A stretch of DNA of 64,000 nucleotides from Planctomycetota bacterium (GTDB lineage Bacteria; Planctomycetota; SZUA-567; H5-PLA8): positions 32,001-96,000 of the forward strand of contig JBBRPR010000026.1 in NCBI GenBank assembly GCA_038227875.1, given 5' to 3'. Shown here piece by piece: positions 1 to 9,634 of this stretch. Positions within the stretch are counted from its first letter, which is position 1. Each line of letters begins with the position of its first letter. The notes below the pieces were generated by a model. It was not told the origin of the DNA. It saw only the letters and a list, made by a program, of their open reading frames with translations, and made no database searches. The position numbers were made by a program, and so were the translations under genes.

Positions 1-19
1 AATAGCTGGAGGCCACACC

Positions 20-736
20 ATGTCGCGCTCCGCGACTCGCTTTTTGTTGCTCTTTGCCCTGCCGTTGCTGTGTATGACGGTGAACACCGCCTTTGCCGAA
101 GTCGCCGGAACCACGCGCTCCCGGACGGCGAAGTTCGCCGACGATCTCGCGGCGGCCTGGAACGATTTTCCCAAAGACAATCAAAAGACGGTGCGCGAGC
201 AGAAGATTGTCGATTTGAACACGACTTTCACGCGTGAAGTCAACTTGATGGAAGTTCCATCCACCGTCACCGTTCAAAAGGCGCTGGATTTCTACATCGA
301 GAACATTAACCGGACGCGCTCGGTTCTAAAACTGGACAAGATGCAGCCGGAACGGCTGACGTACGCGACCGCATGCGCCTCGGTGTTGCGCCGCGAAATG
401 TTGCAATCTTCGGATTATAAGACGATTCGCACCACCCAGCAGTGTTTCCAGTTGATGCTTGAAAACCTCGCCAACGCCCGTGACACGCTCCATGCCGTGC
501 CCAACGAACTGCGGCTGCCTGCTTACCAGGCCATCAATGGCGCGATCGTGGATTTGTTCCGCAATGCCGTCCCTGACAAGTCAGATCCGGCGGTGCAGAT
601 GGACATCAATCTCAAAGCAGCGCGCGCCAAGTTTCCCATCACCAGTCCTGACCTGGAAGCCACCAACCACATCCTGTTCACGATGATGGAATCCTCCGCC
701 AAGACGCTTGAACAACAGGCGATGCGCGGGAAGTAA
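20..736 (+). CDS. Hypothetical secreted alpha-helical protein
   Basis: GGAGG RBS upstream; N-terminal signal peptide ending AFA; no recognisable motif. Confidence 0.75.
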   Translation: MSRSATRFLLLFALPLLCMTVNTAFAEVAGTTRSRTAKFADDLAAAWNDFPKDNQKTVREQKIVDLNTTFTREVNLMEVPSTVTVQKALDFYIENINRTRSVLKLDKMQPERLTYATACASVLRREMLQSSDYKTIRTTQQCFQLMLENLANARDTLHAVPNELRLPAYQAINGAIVDLFRNAVPDKSDPAVQMDINLKAARAKFPITSPDLEATNHILFTMMESSAKTLEQQAMRGK

Positions 737-741
737 ATTCT

Positions 742-1431
742 CTACGGACGGCGCGGGACCGCGCGCTGCCGGATCTGGTAAGCCGCAATCCCGAACGCCA
801 CCGCCACATTCAACGACGATTTGACGCCGTGCATCGGCAAGTGACAGACGATGTCCGCCTTGCCCAGCGTCTCCACTGAAACTCCAGCCACCTCGTTTCC
901 AACGACCAGGCAGAGCGGGGTGCGAATGCGGTCCTGCTCCAGCGCCTCCGTCAAATCGACGCTTTCTTCGGTACGCTCCAGTGCAACGATTTGAACTCGT
1001 TCCGCGATGAGTGCCGGTAGAATCTCCAGCGCGTGCGCGTGATGCTCCCAGCTCACATGTTCCTCCGCGCCCAGGCTGGTTTTCGCCAGCGCCTTGTTCG
1101 GCGGCGTGCCGGTGATGCCGCAGAGAAAAAGTTGTCCGAATCCTGCCCCGTCGGCGCTCCTGAAGATGGAGCCGACGTTCCACAGGCTGCGGATGTCTTC
1201 GAGCAATGCGCGATACGGAGCCGGAGGCTGATTCAAAGCAGGCGAACCCGCAGCTGCCGCGCGCCGTTCAGCCTGCAGTGCGTGCTGGCGTTCGATGGCC
1301 AGTAGCACGTCGAGTGACCTGAATGTGATCACCTGGCCACAAACAGGACACGGTCCGTTCTTGCCCTGCCGATCGTCGGCGACTTCAAAGGTGTGTTTGC
1401 ACGAGGGATTGGGACAGCGTGTGAGCATCAA
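742..1431 (-). CDS. TrmH/SpoU-family RNA methyltransferase with N-terminal Zn-ribbon
   Basis: SPOUT motifs LEDIRSLWNVGSIFRSA, VGNEVAGV, SLNVAVA; N-terminal CPNPSC...CPVC. Confidence 0.9.
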   Translation of the reverse strand: MMLTRCPNPSCKHTFEVADDRQGKNGPCPVCGQVITFRSLDVLLAIERQHALQAERRAAAAGSPALNQPPAPYRALLEDIRSLWNVGSIFRSADGAGFGQLFLCGITGTPPNKALAKTSLGAEEHVSWEHHAHALEILPALIAERVQIVALERTEESVDLTEALEQDRIRTPLCLVVGNEVAGVSVETLGKADIVCHLPMHGVKSSLNVAVAFGIAAYQIRQRAVPRRP

Positions 1432-1527
1432 CGTCCTTCAAATTCGAGTTTGGAATTCAGTTCCGGAGCAAAGTATGCTATCATCGCACCTGAGTTCCTT
1501 ACTCGTTAGCGAGATGGATCATCATAC

Positions 1528-4485
1528 GTGAGCCTCTCCACACGACACAGTAGAATCGTAGCCCCGCCCGCTTGCCCCGCCTGCGGTGAAGCCCTTCCGG
1601 CTGGCGCACAATTCTGCCCCGGTTGCGGCCGCGCCGTCAAGCCACTTCGAAGCATGAGCGGCACCGACAGCGCCGTCGGTCCGCGTACCGACAAGCCGCT
1701 GACAGCGATGCCGTCGCCGACCGAAACGCTCACCGACATCAGTGAAGTCAGCCAGTTCCTGCCGCCGCGTTATCAGCCCATGCGCAAGATCGGACAGGGC
1801 GGGATGGGCACTGTTTATCAGTGCCTCGACAAGGCGCTCGAACGCCAGGTCGCAATCAAGATCATGACCGACCGCTACCGCTCCGATCCGCAGGGCGAGC
1901 GGCGGTTCATGCGCGAAGCCCGCGCACAGGCAATCGTCAATCATCCCAACGTCGCAACGGTTTTGAACTTCGGCGTCTCGCCCGAAGGCCGCTTGTTCCT
2001 GGTGATGGAGTATCTGGAAGGCCAGGACCTGCGCAGCATGATTCGGCAGGAAAAAGTAATGGAGCCGCTGAAGGCCTGCGAACTCCTGCGCCAGACATGC
2101 GAAGGCCTGGAAGAAGCGCACAACGGTGGACTGGTCCATCGCGATCTTAAGCCGTCCAATCTCATGGTTGTGAAAGACCATCGCGGCGCTCCGTGGGTGA
2201 AGATCCTCGATTTGGGCCTGGCCAAAATCATCGGCGGACAGACGGACCTCAAGAGCATCACCGTTGACACCGCGGGCTTGTTGATCGGTACGCCCGCGTA
2301 CATGTCGCCGGAGCAGGTCGCCGGCGCCACCGTCGACGGGCGCGCGGACATCTATTCGCTCGGCGTCGTCTTTTTTGAAATGCTGACCGGCCATCTGCCC
2401 TTCGAATCCGAGACGATGGAAGGCTGGCTCTATCAGCATCTCAACACCAAGCCGCCGCCACCCAGCAAAGTTAATCCCGCCATCGCGCGCTACCCGCAGC
2501 TTGACCAGATTGTGCTGTGGATGATTTCCAAGCAGCCACACGAACGCCCCAAGACCGCCGGCGAACTGGCCGTGATGCTGCAGCGGCTGATCGAACGCAA
2601 ACTCGTCGACGGCACGGCCCCGCGCGCGCGCAAGTCCGGTCCGCGCCCGGCGCTTTCGTTCGAAGACAATCCGCCCGCGCGCGGTTCAGGTCCGCGGCCG
2701 GCGATGCTGATCCTCAACGATCTGCCGCCGCCGCCGCCCGATCCGGGGCAGACGCCGGAAAATGCGCGCAAGGGCGAGAGCAGCGGTGGCGGCACCGAGA
2801 TCATGCGCCAGCGCAACATGGAATACGCGCAATGCGCCAAGGCCGCGGAAAAAGCGGAGTCCGAACGCAATTGGGAAGATGCGCTCGAAGCATGGCAGAA
2901 AGCCGCGGGTTTGGCCGAAGATCCAGACAAGGCCCGTGAACACGCTGAAGTCTGCCGCCGCGAAATTTCAATGCAGAGCCAGATTGCCGTCGTCGACGAA
3001 GCTGTCTCCACGGGAAGCTGGGAAAAAGCCGAACACGTGCTGGGCCGCCTGAGCGCCGCGCGACCCAACGATCCACGCATCGAACAGATGAAAGCGCGAC
3101 TTTCCCGTCGACTGGTGGTTTCGTGGCTGAAGATGGCCGACGATCGCATCATGGCTCTGCCCGAAGGTGATTTGCGCCAGGCGTTGCTCGAGCGTCTGGG
3201 TATCGCGCATGCACAATCCGGCAACATGGCCGAGGCGCTGAATATCCTGCAGGGTGCGTCGCGCAAAATTGAATCGCGCGTCGTGGGACTCGCTCAGGCC
3301 ATCGTCGAAGCCATTCATCACGGCCACACCGACGGCTTGCGTCCGTATTTGGAACGCGCCAGCGCCGCCGCGGCCAGCCTTACCGATCCCGCTGAACGCG
3401 GGCGCGCCTGCCTGGAAGTTGGATTGTCGTACACCGCCTATGGCGATCAAGGCGGCGCGGCCTCTGCCTTTCAGAACGCCCTTGCCGCATATAGCGAAGC
3501 GCACACCAAGGGCATTCCCATGCAGGCGTTCTCGAAGAAGAACACCACCGGGATGCTGCGCCGCCCGTCCGCGGAGATGATGCGCTCGATTGCGCTCAGT
3601 ACGACCACCAACATCAACAGCCCGAAGTCGGTGAAGGCAAGTTGGGAGTCGGCCATCGGCGTCGTCGCTCAGGCGCAGGCCGATGCGGGCCTCGTCGAAG
3701 ACAGCCTTGCCACCGCGGCGATGATCGAAGATCCGTGGACGCTCTCGCATTCGCTCTCGCAGGTCGCGCAGGTCTTGGCCAAGACCGGGCGTAGCGTCGA
3801 AGCCGAACGCGTTACCGCGCAGATTACTTTTTCGCTGCCCAAGACGCAGGCGTTGCGCGCGCTGGCCGTCTCGCGCATTTACCGCGGCGACTTGAATGGC
3901 GCGGAAGAAACGTTCAAGAACATCAACACGCCCAGCGATCGCATTCAGCTTCAGGGCCTGCTCGCCACCGCGTGGGCCTTGCGTGGCGACAAGGGCCGCG
4001 CGGAATTCCGCGTTGCCGAAGCGATCAAGTCGATCTCCGACGTCGTCGGCGCGCGCTCGCGTTTTCAGGCGCTGGTCGGCGCGATCGAACCGCTGCTCAA
4101 CGCCGGCTTTCACGATCTGGCCGAACCGCTGGTGCGCGAGGCTTCGAAACTCGTCGACTTGATCGACGACGCCGCCGAACGTCTCCGCAGCCTGCTGCAG
4201 ATGGCGCAGGTCCAGGAAAACGCGCGCAGCGCACGTTTCTCCGCGACGCGGACGATGGTTTTCTCCAACCAGCCCGCACCGGCTCTGATCGATGTGCTCC
4301 GACGCGCGCTGGTGATTCTGCGCCAGGTCCGCCCTGGCCCCGATCGCTTCGAATGCGTCGAACGCCTGGCCTACAACATCGGCACCGCCTCGATGCCCGT
4401 CCTGGCCTCCGAACTCCTCGGCGCCTGCCGCGATGAGGCGGAAGGCGCGGTGATCTATATTGGCTTGAGTTCCGGCGTCGCTTGA
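1528..4485 (+). CDS. Ser/Thr protein kinase with N-terminal Zn-ribbon and long C-terminal TPR-like helical region
   Basis: GQGGMG, VAIK, HRDLKPSN, DLG, GTPAYMSPEQ; CPAC...CPGC at N-terminus. Confidence 0.92.
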   Translation: MSLSTRHSRIVAPPACPACGEALPAGAQFCPGCGRAVKPLRSMSGTDSAVGPRTDKPLTAMPSPTETLTDISEVSQFLPPRYQPMRKIGQGGMGTVYQCLDKALERQVAIKIMTDRYRSDPQGERRFMREARAQAIVNHPNVATVLNFGVSPEGRLFLVMEYLEGQDLRSMIRQEKVMEPLKACELLRQTCEGLEEAHNGGLVHRDLKPSNLMVVKDHRGAPWVKILDLGLAKIIGGQTDLKSITVDTAGLLIGTPAYMSPEQVAGATVDGRADIYSLGVVFFEMLTGHLPFESETMEGWLYQHLNTKPPPPSKVNPAIARYPQLDQIVLWMISKQPHERPKTAGELAVMLQRLIERKLVDGTAPRARKSGPRPALSFEDNPPARGSGPRPAMLILNDLPPPPPDPGQTPENARKGESSGGGTEIMRQRNMEYAQCAKAAEKAESERNWEDALEAWQKAAGLAEDPDKAREHAEVCRREISMQSQIAVVDEAVSTGSWEKAEHVLGRLSAARPNDPRIEQMKARLSRRLVVSWLKMADDRIMALPEGDLRQALLERLGIAHAQSGNMAEALNILQGASRKIESRVVGLAQAIVEAIHHGHTDGLRPYLERASAAAASLTDPAERGRACLEVGLSYTAYGDQGGAASAFQNALAAYSEAHTKGIPMQAFSKKNTTGMLRRPSAEMMRSIALSTTTNINSPKSVKASWESAIGVVAQAQADAGLVEDSLATAAMIEDPWTLSHSLSQVAQVLAKTGRSVEAERVTAQITFSLPKTQALRALAVSRIYRGDLNGAEETFKNINTPSDRIQLQGLLATAWALRGDKGRAEFRVAEAIKSISDVVGARSRFQALVGAIEPLLNAGFHDLAEPLVREASKLVDLIDDAAERLRSLLQMAQVQENARSARFSATRTMVFSNQPAPALIDVLRRALVILRQVRPGPDRFECVERLAYNIGTASMPVLASELLGACRDEAEGAVIYIGLSSGVA

Positions 4486-4594
4486 ACGTTCCGAGAACAC
4501 CCAATCGCAATCAGAAAACGCACAGCTCTTTAGAGCGTGCTGACGCGCGCGGTGATTTCGGTTATTCTGAAATGCTGACCCCACGGAGATTGAA

Positions 4595-5626
4595 ATGAGC
4601 AAGCCGACCATTCTTCTCGACCCGCATCCGCGTACCGTTCCGTTGATCTTCAGTGAAGAGGACCGCCGCCGCTTGGAAGCCGTCGGCACGGTGATTTACC
4701 CCGAGACCCAGCGCGTCACCGACGCGTTTATCGATGCGCATCTGCCGCAGGCTACGGCGCTGATTGGCCAGACCTCGCTGCCGAAGGAACGCCTCAACAA
4801 GGCGCCGAACCTGCGCGCGATCTTCAATGTTGAAGGCAATTTTCTGCCGAACATCGATTACGACGAATGCCATCGCCGCAACATTCATGTGCTCGCATGC
4901 GGTCCCGCGTTTTCTGGAGCCGTCGCCGAGTCGGCGCTCGGAATGGCGCTGGCCAGCGCGCGCGGCATCGTCTCCCATGACGCGCAATTCCGCAGCGGCA
5001 CGGAACTCTGGGGTGGCGCCTCCAATACGGAGTCGTTCCTGATCAAAGGTAAGACCATCGGCCTGATCGGCTGCGGCAATGTCGGCCGCGCGCTGCTGCC
5101 GTTCCTGCGCCCGTTCAGCAACGAAATCATCGTCCACGATCCGTGGCTGCACACGCACCTGCTGGAAGAATTGAACGTGAAGCCCGTGAGCTTGGACGAA
5201 ATCCTGACGCGCGCGCGCGTGCTCTTCGTCATGTCCGCGACGACCACGGAGAACAAGCACGGGCTGGGCAAGGAACACTTCGCGAAAATGCAAAAGGGTT
5301 CGATCCTGGTTCTCGTCGGCCGCTCGGAAACCGTGGATTTTGATGCGCTGCTCGATGCCGCCGCCTCCGGCCATCTGCGCGTCGCCACGGACGTCTTCCC
5401 CAGCGAACCGCTGCCGAAAGACCACCGCGCCCGCTCGACGCCGAACACAATTCTCTCCGCGCACCGCGCCGGCGGCATTCCGGAAACCTATCAGCTCATC
5501 GGCCGCCTGGTCGTCGACGACCTCGAACTGATCCTCCGCGGCCTCCCGCCCCAGCGCATGCAGAAAGCCATCCCCGAAACCGTCGCGCGTTACCGCGGCA
5601 AGCCCGTGGACGGCCCGGACAAATGA
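4595..5626 (+). CDS. D-isomer-specific 2-hydroxyacid dehydrogenase (SerA-like)
   Basis: Rossmann GCGNVG; catalytic R (VGRS), E (DVFPSEP), H (SAHRAG). Confidence 0.88.
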   Translation: MSKPTILLDPHPRTVPLIFSEEDRRRLEAVGTVIYPETQRVTDAFIDAHLPQATALIGQTSLPKERLNKAPNLRAIFNVEGNFLPNIDYDECHRRNIHVLACGPAFSGAVAESALGMALASARGIVSHDAQFRSGTELWGGASNTESFLIKGKTIGLIGCGNVGRALLPFLRPFSNEIIVHDPWLHTHLLEELNVKPVSLDEILTRARVLFVMSATTTENKHGLGKEHFAKMQKGSILVLVGRSETVDFDALLDAAASGHLRVATDVFPSEPLPKDHRARSTPNTILSAHRAGGIPETYQLIGRLVVDDLELILRGLPPQRMQKAIPETVARYRGKPVDGPDK

Positions 5627-5664
5627 GGACTGAGGACTGAGGACTGAGGACTGAGGACTGAGGA
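5624..5664. repeat. Heptamer tandem repeat (TGAGGAC)x5 plus a partial unit
   Basis: Read directly; short inverted copy CTCAGTCCTC at 5735-5744. Confidence 0.95.
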
Positions 5665-5665
5665 A

Positions 5666-5693
5666 AAAACTCCCCGCTGGCGCGGGGAGTTTT
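5666..5693. terminator. Bidirectional intrinsic terminator
   Basis: AAAACTCCCCGC-TGGC-GCGGGGAGTTTT between convergent genes. Confidence 0.85.
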
Positions 5694-5748
5694 GTTAACG
5701 AACTATTTTTAAGAGCGAAGCGACGCGCCGTAACCTCAGTCCTCGCCG

Positions 5749-8223
5749 TTAAAGTCCCCCGGCCTGAATCGCTTCCAGCGCGTCGATCGCGCGGCGGCGG
5801 AGGAGCGGGTTGCGTTGCTTCAATAGCTTTTGCAGCGACGGGACGGCGATGTCTCCGAAAGGCACCAGCGAACGGATCGATGCGCGGGCGACGAAATCTT
5901 CGCGATCGCCGAGTACGCGCAGCAGGACCGGGATGCTCTCCGGGTGGTCGGGCGCGTAGTTGCCGACGAGCTCCGCACAGACGGCGCGTTCGATGGGAAG
6001 TTTGCCGGGATCGCAATACTCCAGCAGTTTGGGAACCACGTCGGCTGGATCGGCCTTGAGCCGCGCGAGTACGCGCAGCGCCCAGTACGGCGCATCGCCT
6101 TCACCCAGCTTCAGCATTACGCGCAGTTGCGGCAGCGCCGGGTCGCCGATGCGTACCAGCGCGCCGTGAGCGCCGCGGCAGACGCCTTCGTCCGTGTCGA
6201 GTAGTTCCTGGCGCAGCGCATCGATCACCTGCTCCTTGTCGCCGTTGGCGGGAACTTTGATCTCGGCCAGCGCCCACGTCGCCCATTTTCGACGCTCGGC
6301 AAACAGGTCGCCGCGCAGCACGTACACCAGATAGGGCGCAGCCAGGGGATACGCTGGCGGTCCGATTACGCCCAGCCCTTCGAAGCCGGCGCGCGCATCG
6401 GAATCGACCATGCTCTTGGACAGTTCGACGAGATCCGGCACCGCCGTTGACGCCACCGCGCCCATCAGGCCCAGCACGTGCGCGGCGCGCGCGCGAATCG
6501 CGGCGTCGGGCGTTTTGAATTCAGCGGTGAGCGCCGCGACTGCATCGGGCCCAATCACGCGCAGTACGACGCTGAGCGTGTTTTCCAGATCCTTGTCCTT
6601 GGCGGTGCTCTCCGCGAGCGCCAATTTCAGGATGCGCGAGAGCGCCGGCTTCGCATCTTCGCCCAGGCCCGCCAGCGCAATTAGCGCAGCGCGTTGCGCG
6701 GCAGAGTCGTCCTTTTCCAACCACTGCTCAAAGGTATTGATCGCAACGCGCGAGTACTTTCCAAAATGAGCCAGGCTGCGCGCGGCCGCCATTTGCACTT
6801 TCGCGTCGGCGTCGTTGAGTGCTTCCAGCAGCGCGTTGGCAACGGGTTCGCCGGCGTCAGCGCGGGTGCGCAGCACTTCCGCTGCTTCCTGCCGCTGCCA
6901 GGCTTTGGCGCTTTTCATATCGGCCAGCAGTTGTTCGGTCGTCTCCGGCTCCATCGCCCACTTGTAGCGCGCATGATCGGCGGCCCGCGAGACGTTCAGG
7001 GCCGCCAGCGCCGCGGTGCGCTGCGCGGGCGAGCCTTCCGGATCAGTCTGGGCCATCCGTTCGAGCGCCTCTTTCGCCAGCGCGGCGGTCGGGCCATACG
7101 CGTCGAGCGCCTTGGCCGACGCGAGGCGCACGGCGGCGTCGGTATCCTGCACGCGCGAGATCAAATCGCTTACGGCATCCGTCGGTGGCGGCGTCAACTT
7201 CGCGAGAATGCCGACGAGGCGCAGCCGCCCAGCCGCGTTGGTGCTCTGCAGGCCGTGCCGGATCGCCGGCAGCGCCGCCGTGCCCGCCGCGGAGAGCCGC
7301 TTCGTTTCGAACTCATAGGGCGTGCGCGGAATTTTGTTGTCGTCGTTTCCGGCGAGGCTTTCGGGCAGCACATCCTGCTCGGTAAGCGAGAGCCGCTGCG
7401 CGAGCACATCCAGCAATGCCGGGTCCTTCGGCGCGATGCGCGCGGCGGCAGCGGTCAGCAGCAGATTCGCCTGCGGTTCGCGCTCGCGGGCCGCGGAGCG
7501 GAGCAGCGACGGCAAGGCTCGCGACGCCATCTTGCCGGACCGGCCCAGCGCCTCAGCGCAGAGCGCGCGAATGCCGGAGTCCGGGCGCTCCACGCCGCGG
7601 ATCAGCACGTCCAATCCCGGATCGCCCAGGCAGCGCAGCGCGATCGAGACGTCGCGCGCGTCATCGGGGTTGGTCAACATGCGGGAGAGGGTGGGGATGA
7701 CGGTGGAATCGAATTGCGCGACGGTCACTGCCGCGTCGATGGCTTCCGAACGGACTTCGCGCTTGCTGTCGCGCAGACCCGCCGCGACGGCGCGGATCAC
7801 GGCGCTCGATTGCGGATCAATTTGCGCCACCGCGTCCAGCGCCGCCGCGCGATGCGCCGGGGGCTGCGAGGGATCGTTGACGACCGCCAGCAGATCAGGC
7901 AGCGCGTCTTTGGCCGCCGGGCCGATGGCGCCGAGCGTCATGTAGGCCGAGCGCTGCACTTCCGGCTGCGCGCCGGCCTTGAACAGCCGCCGCAGTTCAT
8001 CCACCGCACCGACCGCGCCGGGTCCGAACTCAGCGATACAGAGCATCGCCAGCCGCCGCTGCTTTTCGTTCTCGAATCCCTTGAGGTGTTCGATCCACCC
8101 GTTGACGTCCTTATCGAGCACCTTCTGAACGGGCGCGGGATCGTAGATCGTCGGCGCATCTTCCGCGCGAAGTTGCAGTGCGAACAGTGAAGCGGCGAGG
8201 ATAGCGAGAAGATACCATTTCAT
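5749..8223 (-). CDS. Secreted HEAT/PBS-lyase repeat protein
   Basis: Signal peptide; many VR..AA..LG..GP.A..A.P.L repeats. Confidence 0.88.
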   Translation of the reverse strand: MKWYLLAILAASLFALQLRAEDAPTIYDPAPVQKVLDKDVNGWIEHLKGFENEKQRRLAMLCIAEFGPGAVGAVDELRRLFKAGAQPEVQRSAYMTLGAIGPAAKDALPDLLAVVNDPSQPPAHRAAALDAVAQIDPQSSAVIRAVAAGLRDSKREVRSEAIDAAVTVAQFDSTVIPTLSRMLTNPDDARDVSIALRCLGDPGLDVLIRGVERPDSGIRALCAEALGRSGKMASRALPSLLRSAAREREPQANLLLTAAAARIAPKDPALLDVLAQRLSLTEQDVLPESLAGNDDNKIPRTPYEFETKRLSAAGTAALPAIRHGLQSTNAAGRLRLVGILAKLTPPPTDAVSDLISRVQDTDAAVRLASAKALDAYGPTAALAKEALERMAQTDPEGSPAQRTAALAALNVSRAADHARYKWAMEPETTEQLLADMKSAKAWQRQEAAEVLRTRADAGEPVANALLEALNDADAKVQMAAARSLAHFGKYSRVAINTFEQWLEKDDSAAQRAALIALAGLGEDAKPALSRILKLALAESTAKDKDLENTLSVVLRVIGPDAVAALTAEFKTPDAAIRARAAHVLGLMGAVASTAVPDLVELSKSMVDSDARAGFEGLGVIGPPAYPLAAPYLVYVLRGDLFAERRKWATWALAEIKVPANGDKEQVIDALRQELLDTDEGVCRGAHGALVRIGDPALPQLRVMLKLGEGDAPYWALRVLARLKADPADVVPKLLEYCDPGKLPIERAVCAELVGNYAPDHPESIPVLLRVLGDREDFVARASIRSLVPFGDIAVPSLQKLLKQRNPLLRRRAIDALEAIQAGGL

Positions 8224-8320
8224 GCGCGGATGTCCTGAAGCCGGTAGCCGAGAACCAGAGGTGCGAAACGTCCCTTTAATAAGACTGTCCAGCGGCTGAA
8301 ATGAAAATCAAAATGTGAAA

Positions 8321-9595
8321 TTACTTGTCAGGGTGAATTTTTTTCGCGTAGGACTGCAACTGTTTGTTCTCGGATTTCTTTTGCTGATCCAGAATTCCAT
8401 CTAGGAATTGACGCCAATGCAATTCCCGAGTTTTAATTTGATCCGGAGTGAGATGTGCGCTCTCTGGATTGAATGAAAAGGCTTTGTATCCAATCGATTG
8501 TAACGTAACAAACTTAACCCAGGGATCACGCTCGTTTTCCCATGCCTTCATTACCTTTTCGTAGAGTTCCTCATCTGAATTTTCTAGTGCGGCAATCCAT
8601 AGCGACTGAATCGCGTCAGCACGAACTCCGCGTGACTTTTCATTCGGCATTAAAGCTAAAACGTCGCCTGATCGAGAATAGGAAAGGCAAGCAATTGCGA
8701 TACGCCGATTTTCGAGACTCGGTTCCGACTCGCTGATAATTTTGGATAGCGCAGCTAGGCAATCTGGCGACCATTTTTTCGAATCTGCTCTAGATTCGTG
8801 TGCACCGTTGAGCGCAATCGCTTTCTGGAATTGAGTGCCTCCCACCAGCGCCTTCATTGAAGGCTCCGTTTTCTGTTCATCCCAAATTCCTTCATTCTCT
8901 TTCACCAAGCGCTTCACCAACGTCTCATACGCCGACTTGTCAAAAACAACAGGAGCGGGAGCGGGGAATTTTGCGATCCAGTCCTCAATCAACTTCTTCT
9001 TGAGCGCGTAATTAGAATTCCCGCCTTCCGGAATTCCCATTTGAAGTTCAGGCCACCTTTTGAAGTTTTCGCGAGTGTCCCCAGCTGGAATGCTGGCGAT
9101 AAAATCCGCAATCAGCTTCTGTACGTCCTTGTCTGTCTCTGCGTCGATCCTTTTCTGGAGTTCTGGCGATACGCTAAAATCGAACACAAAAACCCAGCAG
9201 TAAGGATTCTCTGCCATCATCGCGCAACGGTAGGCTTTCATTCGAACACGTGGCGATGACTCGGATTCCAGTATTCTTAAACAGATGTCATGGATCGCCG
9301 CAACTGTGGACCATCGGCGATATGTTTCCGGATAAGGAAAGTAGGCATACACATCCAAAATCACTTCTTTTATTGCCGGACTTGCCTGCGGATCCAACAG
9401 GATTTGAGAATCCAACGCGCATTCCATAAACTGTGAAGCGGGAATCAAGGATTGGCCTGGGTCGGGCTTGAATAGATCTGAATTAAGAACGCCGGACCAC
9501 AACAGTCGTTGCTCATCCAATGCGGCATCACCTGCATTCGCCGCGAAGGCGATGCCCACAAGTAACATAATCACTATGGTGGCCGCTATACGCAT
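8321..9595 (-). CDS. Hypothetical secreted protein with C-terminal HEAT-like helices; AT-richer than its neighbours
   Basis: 424-aa ORF with signal peptide; composition visibly atypical. Confidence 0.7.
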   Translation of the reverse strand: MRIAATIVIMLLVGIAFAANAGDAALDEQRLLWSGVLNSDLFKPDPGQSLIPASQFMECALDSQILLDPQASPAIKEVILDVYAYFPYPETYRRWSTVAAIHDICLRILESESSPRVRMKAYRCAMMAENPYCWVFVFDFSVSPELQKRIDAETDKDVQKLIADFIASIPAGDTRENFKRWPELQMGIPEGGNSNYALKKKLIEDWIAKFPAPAPVVFDKSAYETLVKRLVKENEGIWDEQKTEPSMKALVGGTQFQKAIALNGAHESRADSKKWSPDCLAALSKIISESEPSLENRRIAIACLSYSRSGDVLALMPNEKSRGVRADAIQSLWIAALENSDEELYEKVMKAWENERDPWVKFVTLQSIGYKAFSFNPESAHLTPDQIKTRELHWRQFLDGILDQQKKSENKQLQSYAKKIHPDK

Positions 9596-9634
9596 GGATT
9601 CCCTCGGTATTTATAAGTGTATTCCAATTCGGAT

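Noticed and set aside
2968..4689. Long antisense or alternative-frame ORFs (also 6694-8190, 26360-28564, 57550-59250, 60541-62226)
   Set aside because: They lie opposite well-supported genes, carry no motifs, and are expected shadows of GC-rich codon usage.
5624..5664. Possible CRISPR array
   Set aside because: Contiguous 7-bp units with no spacers, and no cas genes in the window.
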